Shown here: positions 27,946 to 33,697 of the stretch, piece by piece | How positions within the stretch are numbered: position 1 is the stretch's first letter | Layout: each line of letters starts with the position of its first letter | Origin: Candidatus Bathyarchaeota archaeon | GTDB lineage: Archaea > Thermoproteota > Bathyarchaeia > Bathyarchaeales > Bathycorpusculaceae | Direction: 5' to 3' | DNA length: 33,697 nt | Assembly (NCBI GenBank): GCA_963811105.1 | Contig: CAWEPZ010000015.1 | Coordinates: 1-33,697 of the forward strand | The notes under the pieces: generated by a model | What the model saw: only the letters and a program-made list of their open reading frames with translations | Databases searched by the model: none | Told to the model about the DNA's origin: nothing | Program-made: the position numbers and the translations under genes

Positions 27946-29109
27946 TTGAAAAAGCGCGCGCGCTGGGTTATAGTTGCATCGGTTTTGTTATTGACTGTTT
28001 TGATAGGGTCATTTGTTTTCCAAAGATTATTAATTAGCGAAAGTGCACAAGGATCAGCTAGCTATGTTGGCGTTGCTTTTGGCGGTAACACTACGAGTGA
28101 AGCAAAACTTCTTATTGACCGAATAAAAGGGCACTGCAACCTCTTCATTCTTCAGTCTGGTCCGATAAGCACCAACGAGACTGCTACTAACGAGATCTGT
28201 GATTATGCAGTCGCGTCAGGACTAAACATAATTGTATATTTCGGCGACCTTGACCCAAGGATTCTGGCAGAGAAAAACTTGACATGGCGCGCAACTTGGA
28301 TCAGCTCCGCAAAATCACATTATGGCGAGCACTTTCTGGGTGTCTACTATTACGATGAACGAGGAGGAATCTACCTTGACACCGACAAAAACGCTACTCA
28401 ATGGAACTTACCTCCTAACTCAACCTATGATTCCGTAGCCGCAAGATTCGAAAATGGTTTCCTAAAAGATCCAGGAACCATCGCCTTAAAATCGGAACAA
28501 ATACCAATCTTTTGCTCAGATTATGGGTTATACTGGTTTGACTATCTTTCAGGTTACGATGTTGTCTTTGCGGAAGTAGGCTGGAATCACACACTTGCTA
28601 AAGACGTAGCCTTAATTCGAGGAGCAGCAAACTTACAACACAAAGACTGGGGAGTAATAATCACTTGGAAATACAATGAAACACCTTACCTTGACAGCGG
28701 CGAAGCAATTTATGAGCAGATGCTTTCAGTCTATGAAGCTGGCGCAAAATACATAGTGATTTTCGACTATCCATACTCTGACGCGAATCCCTACGGCGTT
28801 ATGCTAAATGAGCATTTTGAAGCTCTCCAAAAACTCTGGGATAACATAACACAAGGCAAAATTACTTACAGTTCAACAATTGCTAATGCCGTTTTGGTTT
28901 TGCCGAAGAATTATGGGTACGGATTTCGATATCCTGAAGACACAATTTGGGGTTTTTGGGGTCCAGATGAAAAATCGCCAGTAATTTGGAATCTAAGTCA
29001 AGAACTACTGTCTCGATATGGATACTCTTTAGATATTGTCTATGACGACTCTTCTTTTCCATTTGAAGGCAAGTACTCAATGGTTTACTATTGGAATTCC
29101 ACGTTCTAA
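27946..29109 (+). CDS. Membrane-anchored extracellular protein, possible TIM-barrel glycoside-hydrolase-like fold (family typical of Bathyarchaeia)
   Basis: N-terminal basic plus hydrophobic anchor. YVGVAF, FLGVYYYDE.GG, SDYGLYWFDY..GYD, AEVGW, WGVIITW and GAKY motifs. Confidence 0.6.
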   Translation: MKKRARWVIVASVLLLTVLIGSFVFQRLLISESAQGSASYVGVAFGGNTTSEAKLLIDRIKGHCNLFILQSGPISTNETATNEICDYAVASGLNIIVYFGDLDPRILAEKNLTWRATWISSAKSHYGEHFLGVYYYDERGGIYLDTDKNATQWNLPPNSTYDSVAARFENGFLKDPGTIALKSEQIPIFCSDYGLYWFDYLSGYDVVFAEVGWNHTLAKDVALIRGAANLQHKDWGVIITWKYNETPYLDSGEAIYEQMLSVYEAGAKYIVIFDYPYSDANPYGVMLNEHFEALQKLWDNITQGKITYSSTIANAVLVLPKNYGYGFRYPEDTIWGFWGPDEKSPVIWNLSQELLSRYGYSLDIVYDDSSFPFEGKYSMVYYWNSTF

Positions 29110-29320
29110 CTGTTTGCGTGCCACAAATGAACGTTGATTAACGAGTTGACAGATTTTATAGTAGCGTTTTTTTAACTCGATTTTTTTCTTGGGAGAATGT
29201 TTGGCTGAAGAATAATGCTACATAAGTAATTTGTTTTCTTGGGCTTAAAAATAATTGTGCTAATGTGTTTATTTATCAATTTGGATGGTGGGTTTGGTTA
29301 TCAATATAGTTAAACCCAAA

Positions 29321-29605
29321 CTAAATAGCCTCCCCAAACTTTGAAGGCTTAATATTACAACAAACGGATACGGGGTATTTTGTGGTCTCCTCACAATCAA
29401 TGTTCGCTTCAACCTTAGGAAAAGCCAGATCCACACTCGCGACGTCTACGTCATCAGCTAACTTTTCCCAATGAAGCCTACAACAAGGAACCTTCTCAGC
29501 AGTCAAAAACACCGCAGGATCTGACTTGCAATCTTTGCACACACGTAACTCAGCCAAAGCCTCAGCATCCAAAACCCAATGATACTTAGAAATCTTCTTT
29601 CTCAT
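29321..29605 (-). CDS. Small Cys-rich (Zn-finger) protein
   Basis: Probable start MRKKISKYHW overlapping the upstream gene; CKDC...CCRLH. Confidence 0.55.
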   Translation of the reverse strand: MRKKISKYHWVLDAEALAELRVCKDCKSDPAVFLTAEKVPCCRLHWEKLADDVDVASVDLAFPKVEANIDCEETTKYPVSVCCNIKPSKFGEAI

Positions 29606-30263
29606 GCCCCAAAACCTCTTCAGATCCAGCGGAAGAAACCTCACTCTCTGGCTCAATTGGCTCATCGTAGGAATCAAAAGCAAACCTAGTCAAGGCCCAT
29701 GCATGACCGCGTTTCTCAAAGAGGCATTTGCCCGTTTCTTTATGTAGGCGCTTGTTCATGCGCAAAATCCGCCGACTCACATCATAATACCTTAACCCAA
29801 ACTTTCCACGCAAATTGACATCAGCAGCAACAACCTTTGGCAAAACACCAGGAACTCCAGCTTCCCGAATCCGCTGCACAATCTCCCGATCAACCTCATC
29901 AACCAACGCAAAATGCTCAACATCCAACCTTGAATAATCCGCTTCACCAATCCGATCTATCTTATTGCGAAACCAACGCAACTCCATCTTAAGATCCTCA
30001 ATACCCGCTAACGCCTGCTTAATTAACTGCTGATTATACCTGTTTATGCCAGCCTTATCGCTTGGGTCACGCTTCTTTTTAGATTTTGCAACCACTTTTT
30101 TTGTAGTTTCAACAGCATTTTCACCTAAAACCTGTTTTTCCTGTTCAAACAAGACATCCCACTCCATCAACGTTACCGAAAAAATAGTGCCCGTAATCAG
30201 GGCTACCCACCATAAGAAACCACCATCTTGAAAGCATGGACTTTTCCCATGGATTTTGAGCAC
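29586..30263 (-). CDS. Coiled-coil plus C-terminal winged-helix DNA-binding protein
   Basis: DEVDREIVQRI...GVLPK.VA...VSRRILRMNKRL...LFEKRGHAWALT wHTH pattern. True start probably TTG 30152. Confidence 0.6.
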   Translation of the reverse strand: MLKIHGKSPCFQDGGFLWWVALITGTIFSVTLMEWDVLFEQEKQVLGENAVETTKKVVAKSKKKRDPSDKAGINRYNQQLIKQALAGIEDLKMELRWFRNKIDRIGEADYSRLDVEHFALVDEVDREIVQRIREAGVPGVLPKVVAADVNLRGKFGLRYYDVSRRILRMNKRLHKETGKCLFEKRGHAWALTRFAFDSYDEPIEPESEVSSAGSEEVLGHEKEDF

Positions 30264-30348
30264 GCTTTTGTTTGCTTTTTTGCATCAAACAAGCTTTCAC
30301 ATCCAAAATTACCCATAGGCGATCGGGCAAAACAAAATTAAGAGACAT
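30145..30348 (-). CDS. Hypothetical protein
   Basis: 67 aa bridging the flanking genes, with short overlaps at both ends. Confidence 0.35.
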   Translation of the reverse strand: MSLNFVLPDRLWVILDVKACLMQKSKQKRAQNPWEKSMLSRWWFLMVGSPDYGHYFFGNVDGVGCLV

Positions 30349-31387
30349 ATTTGGCGCCTCCTAGAGCGTTCCCTTTTGGAGCTTGAGAGTTACCGTCTAG
30401 ATTGAAAACCTGATGCAAGACGTCAGTTAACCTGCCCAAGTTTACAGTGAGCATGTTGACGTCGCTCCGTAGTGCAGAGACTTCGTTTTCAATGTACTTG
30501 GTTTTATCCAGGTCACTGACTTTGTTTTTGTACATGCCCTCGATTAGCCGTTCTAAGCCCATCAGCCGAGAGTTTGTAAATTTCAAAGCCTCAGAATTAC
30601 CCTTGACTTCCTGCTTTAACTCAAAATTCGCCTGAGCGTTAGAATGCTCATTAAAGCCCTTAGATATGGCTTCCTCAAACTTGTTAACACTCATCGGAGT
30701 TACGGTTTTTTGTTCTTTGCGAACTAGATTCTCCTCTTTTTGGTAAACTCGCTCGATCATACCGTAAAGATCCGTTCTAGTCACACATTGGACTCCATCG
30801 ATGCGTAAGCCGTGATAGTCTTTGTTGAGCTCAAAAGTTAGGATTTGCAGGTCATTTAACTGGAACGCCAAATGATCCTGTACAATGTCAAACCAACGAT
30901 TCAAAGCCAGAAGGCAAGCATCATGCGACATGCCACCGACGTCACAAGCGATGTAACCACTAACCTTGCGCCTCTCCTGCCCAAAACAAACATGAATCTT
31001 AACGCCCCCAATGAATTCGTCTTTTTCCCAAGACTTAACATCCTGGCAAACAAAACTTCGCAGGCTAATGTTGTGCACTGCCAACGGAACAAACCGCACC
31101 CCGTAGGTGATTTTGTTACAGTATGCTCCAAGATACGGCTGCAGAATCAAGCCCTTATCGAGAAGTTTTCTGATGGCACACCTAACTGTAGTGTATTGAC
31201 CGCGTGTTGGCTTCTTGGGAGCATGGAGTTTACGTGCAATCTCGGCAGGTCTAAGCTCAATTTCTGAAGCATCGATAATATGAAAGACTCTGTTCTCTAT
31301 GCTCCAATTCTTCGTCGACACGCAACTGTTGCAACTGGTGTTGCTAGAGGTGTTTGTGACCTTATCAGATGAAACAGTCAAAAACAA
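30338..31387 (-). CDS. wHTH plus putative Rep_trans-like replication initiator plus coiled coil
   Basis: N-terminal wHTH (LRPAEIARKL...VRCAIRKLLDKGLI). Central FELNKD, ERVYQK and VRKE resemble the D-x3-D, Y-x-K and R-x-E motifs of pT181/Rep_trans initiators. C-terminal heptads. Confidence 0.45.
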   Translation of the reverse strand: MFLTVSSDKVTNTSSNTSCNSCVSTKNWSIENRVFHIIDASEIELRPAEIARKLHAPKKPTRGQYTTVRCAIRKLLDKGLILQPYLGAYCNKITYGVRFVPLAVHNISLRSFVCQDVKSWEKDEFIGGVKIHVCFGQERRKVSGYIACDVGGMSHDACLLALNRWFDIVQDHLAFQLNDLQILTFELNKDYHGLRIDGVQCVTRTDLYGMIERVYQKEENLVRKEQKTVTPMSVNKFEEAISKGFNEHSNAQANFELKQEVKGNSEALKFTNSRLMGLERLIEGMYKNKVSDLDKTKYIENEVSALRSDVNMLTVNLGRLTDVLHQVFNLDGNSQAPKGNALGGAKYVS

Positions 31388-31395
31388 GTATCTCC

Positions 31396-31647
31396 CTAAG
31401 TTCCTACTCTACTTTTCAATTTTCCCAATCGAAAAGTGCACCTAACAAAAACCATAGGGTCCTTAAAACATGAGGCTGGACAAAATGTCCCATCGGAACA
31501 GTAACGGCCTTCACAAACAGGATCAATTTTGTCGCCGACAAACTCACAGAAGACAGCAGCCGGCGCCCGATCCGCAACCTCAACAACCTTTGCACTCTGA
31601 ACTGAAACAGTACCTTTAGGCTGCCAAAACGGCTTCCACTCAGTCAC
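31396..31647 (-). CDS. Small Cys-rich protein
   Basis: 83 aa with six Cys; overlaps the upstream stop; GGAGGGG SD. Confidence 0.55.
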   Translation of the reverse strand: MTEWKPFWQPKGTVSVQSAKVVEVADRAPAAVFCEFVGDKIDPVCEGRYCSDGTFCPASCFKDPMVFVRCTFRLGKLKSRVGT

Positions 31648-31967
31648 AAAAGCCCCTCCTTAACCAAAACCTCAGAAACAAAATCATTCGGGAAACTTTG
31701 CTTGATCTCCTGCAAAACAGCGACGTCTTCACTCAAAAACTCAAGGTAAGGCACAAACTTGTTACTGTGAAACCTAAAGAAAATCGACTTCTGGCCCGGC
31801 TGCCGATTAATGCAGTTAAAACGTGTTTTGCTGTTCCAGGTGATCGAGCATCCAAACTTTATGCTAACCTGATTCACCAGATCATAAGCAAGTTTAGACT
31901 TTAAGCGAGCAGACTCCAGGGACCCGTATTTGGGAGGCACAAAACCCTGTTCAGCCAAAGCCATCAC
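31644..31967 (-). CDS. Hypothetical protein
   Basis: 107 aa, overlapping both neighbours in operon orientation. Confidence 0.55.
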   Translation of the reverse strand: MMALAEQGFVPPKYGSLESARLKSKLAYDLVNQVSIKFGCSITWNSKTRFNCINRQPGQKSIFFRFHSNKFVPYLEFLSEDVAVLQEIKQSFPNDFVSEVLVKEGLL

Positions 31968-32188
31968 TCCAATACTCCAGCTACAGCGAAAAGCTGCTTT
32001 TGCCCCGGCTCTAAAGGTTTTTCAACCCTAACAGGCTTAGGCAAACCCTTCAAAAGAAACCGAGCAACGACGTCAGAGTCGCCACGGTCAAAACGCATCT
32101 TCAAACAACGGTTTTTTTCATGATCTTGTCGATAAGCGCTGGGAATTGGTTTGCCGCAAATCCTACATTTACTATGACCTACTGGCAT
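31964..32188 (-). CDS. Small Zn-finger protein (CxxC...H...C)
   Basis: CRICGKPI...DHEKNRC; abuts the PolX stop. Confidence 0.6.
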   Translation of the reverse strand: MPVGHSKCRICGKPIPSAYRQDHEKNRCLKMRFDRGDSDVVARFLLKGLPKPVRVEKPLEPGQKQLFAVAGVLE

Positions 32189-32758
32189 TTACCAAGGAAC
32201 CTCCCTATCTTTTGGCTCAACATACGCCAGCCCAAGAGCAGCAAAGATATCCTCTTCAGAACGGCTAGCGATAACTTCAGCTCGAGGCTTATGATCACTA
32301 TCAACCCAATGCCTTTGAACACCTTGAGAAGCACTAAGCATCAAACCCTTCGAACGCGCCAACGTGCAAAGCTTCACATTATGCTCCTTACTGCCAGTGC
32401 GTACGAGCAGGATCACGCCCCACGTCTCCGGACGCGCCCGGTAAACATCCACTTGAAAGCCATTATCTGAGAAAAAGCAGCGCAACAACTCCTGGCCAGA
32501 AGCCTCAACTTTCAAACCTAACTTGACTAGAACTTTAGGAAGTAAATTCTTCCAAACAGTTGAAGGATCCACTTTAACAATACCAATACCAAACAAGCCG
32601 CTAGGCAGATCCACAATCCTAGGCGCCGCTACAATATCGATATCGCCAACTTCCGCCTTTCCCCGGCGAATAGATCCAGCAACTTCGACACGCCAACAAT
32701 AAGGCTCCAAGACCTTACAGACCGATAATGCCAAAACCTGAGCTTCATCTAATTTCAT
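32189..32758 (-). CDS. polX: Minimal X-family DNA polymerase (palm plus thumb only)
   Basis: VAGSIRRGKAEVGDIDIV, FQVDVY, RTGSKEHN and SEEDIFAALGLAYVEPKDRE. Lacks the 8-kDa lyase, fingers and PHP domains. Probable start ATG 32758 after AGGAGG. Confidence 0.88.
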   Translation of the reverse strand: MKLDEAQVLALSVCKVLEPYCWRVEVAGSIRRGKAEVGDIDIVAAPRIVDLPSGLFGIGIVKVDPSTVWKNLLPKVLVKLGLKVEASGQELLRCFFSDNGFQVDVYRARPETWGVILLVRTGSKEHNVKLCTLARSKGLMLSASQGVQRHWVDSDHKPRAEVIASRSEEDIFAALGLAYVEPKDREVPW

Positions 32759-32954
32759 CAAGAAGCCTCCTTTCGCGTATCTTTCCAAACTGTGAACGTG
32801 CAACCGCAACTTTGGCACTCAAAAGCTTCAATATCGGGACTAACCCACAAACCCCAAGAATAAGCGTCTTTTTATGGTTCGCCCAGCTGCCGCAGGAAGG
32901 GCAGAAAAACTCAATCTTAGATGCCATAGTCGGGCTCCTCAAAATCCTCATCAT
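32745..32954 (-). CDS. Small Zn-ribbon protein
   Basis: MASKIEFFCPSCG...H...C; the start is probably the internal ATG after GAGGAG. Confidence 0.5.
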   Translation of the reverse strand: MMRILRSPTMASKIEFFCPSCGSWANHKKTLILGVCGLVPILKLLSAKVAVARSQFGKIRERRLLDEIR

Positions 32955-33207
32955 CGACTAAGTCCCAGCCGGGATTGCATTCATCGCAAGTGCTGGAACC
33001 ACAATCGCAACCCATTTCAAAACAGCTTCCATAAGCCCATTCACCCTTGAATTCCTCAGCCCCTTCCTGCTCAAGTAGTAGCCAGAAGGCTGCGAAAGTC
33101 TTTGACTCAAACGGATTGCGAACCCAAACTGTATTGAGATAAACAGAAATATTGAGCTCAGGAAACTTTATCGGGACATCGTCAAAGACGTTTTTTTGCC
33201 CTTTCAT
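32917..33207 (-). CDS. Hypothetical protein with acidic, Cys-rich C-terminus
   Basis: Probable start MKGQKN after AAGGAGG; CFEMGCDCGSSTCDEC. Confidence 0.55.
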   Translation of the reverse strand: MKGQKNVFDDVPIKFPELNISVYLNTVWVRNPFESKTFAAFWLLLEQEGAEEFKGEWAYGSCFEMGCDCGSSTCDECNPGWDLVDDEDFEEPDYGI

Positions 33208-33386
33208 TAAGACAGCCTCCTTACAAAACTGCAGTCTTTGCACTTCTTTCGCCCAGTGTTACGCTTACCTTCATGAGTTACATTTCGAGAACAAACTTTA
33301 GCAATGCAAACTGGGCGCGGCAGTGCATTATAGGTCTTGAAGGACTCAACACTGTAATTCTGGGACCTAGTTGAGTTCCAAGTCAT
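33207..33386 (-). CDS. 59-aa Zn-finger-like protein (below ORF-track cutoff)
   Basis: MTWNSTRSQNYSVESFKTYNALPRPVCIAKVCSRNVTHEGKRNTGRKKCKDCSFVRRLS*. ATGA and TAATG overlaps with both neighbours. Confidence 0.6.
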   Translation of the reverse strand: MTWNSTRSQNYSVESFKTYNALPRPVCIAKVCSRNVTHEGKRNTGRKKCKDCSFVRRLS

Positions 33387-33604
33387 TTCCGTTTTCTCCC
33401 GGTTGTAATTCGCTTACCAAGAAGGCACAAAATACCCTTGAGGCAGCCAACCTCACAATCACAAGAAACCGCAAAACCCGTAATCCAGCCAAGATAACGA
33501 CCCTGAGCTGATCCCGGAACAACACGCAAAGAAAGCACAACAAGCCTACTGCGCTTCAAACTGCACCAGTTTTCTACATCCTCAAAAACAGGCTCATCGC
33601 TCAA
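33383..33604 (-). CDS. Small Cys-containing hypothetical protein
   Basis: 73 aa with TTG start after AGGAGG; preceded by an oligo-T tract (about 33628-33642). Confidence 0.55.
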   Translation of the reverse strand: MSDEPVFEDVENWCSLKRSRLVVLSLRVVPGSAQGRYLGWITGFAVSCDCEVGCLKGILCLLGKRITTGRKRK

Positions 33605-33697
33605 GAAAAAGCCTCCTAAAAATAATTAAAAAAAAGAAAAAAGAGTGTTTCGGAGAAGAAATTTGAGCGAGTGGGACATCCCCATCGAGGGCGGAGA

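Larger units (their letters stand above)
29321..33697 (-). mobile_element. Virus/plasmid-like early (replication/regulation) operon
   Basis: About 12 abutting or overlapping (ATGA/TAATG) small minus-strand genes with GGAGG SDs, Cys-rich Zn fingers, wHTH proteins and PolX. May continue beyond the window. Confidence 0.7.

Noticed and set aside
203-32961. Numerous plus-strand and nested ORFs in the track (e.g. 203..442, 6834..7340, 13443..13763, 24407..24943, 30872..31267)
   Set aside because: Antisense or alternate-frame shadows of well-supported genes, or lacking motifs and SD support.

Overview
Archaeal chromosomal region, most likely Bathyarchaeia (inferred from GAGGTGA/GGAGG Shine-Dalgarno sites, TATA-type promoters, an HTH_45-type wHTH and the gene families present). 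It has three parts. (1) 0.4-13.3 kb: a co-directional minus-strand head-tail (siphovirus-like, HK97-fold) morphogenesis operon with protease/scaffold, decoration protein, major capsid protein, small wHTH, portal, holin-like protein, adaptor, neck, tail terminator, tail tube, tail chaperones with an intact UUUUUUA -1 frameshift site, a short tape measure, Dit, hub/LamG tail tip and fibre-like genes. No terminase and no head-closure (stopper) gene is recognisable, and the portal lies downstream of the capsid gene. (2) 13.4-27.0 kb: a cytoplasmic signalling island (REC-6xPAS histidine kinase, CheB-CheR-PAS-kinase fusion, 8xPAS kinase, small HTH proteins). It is bracketed by inverted paralogues of a small unknown gene and, further out, by a direct, diverged copy of the 5' end of the protease gene. 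(3) 29.3-33.7 kb: a compact minus-strand virus-like early operon with a minimal X-family polymerase, Zn-finger and wHTH proteins and a candidate Rep_trans-like rolling-circle initiator. At least nine single-base indels split genes between 1.7 and 18.5 kb. Their pattern fits sequencing/assembly error at least as well as provirus decay. All family calls were made by eye from motifs and synteny; no searches were run.
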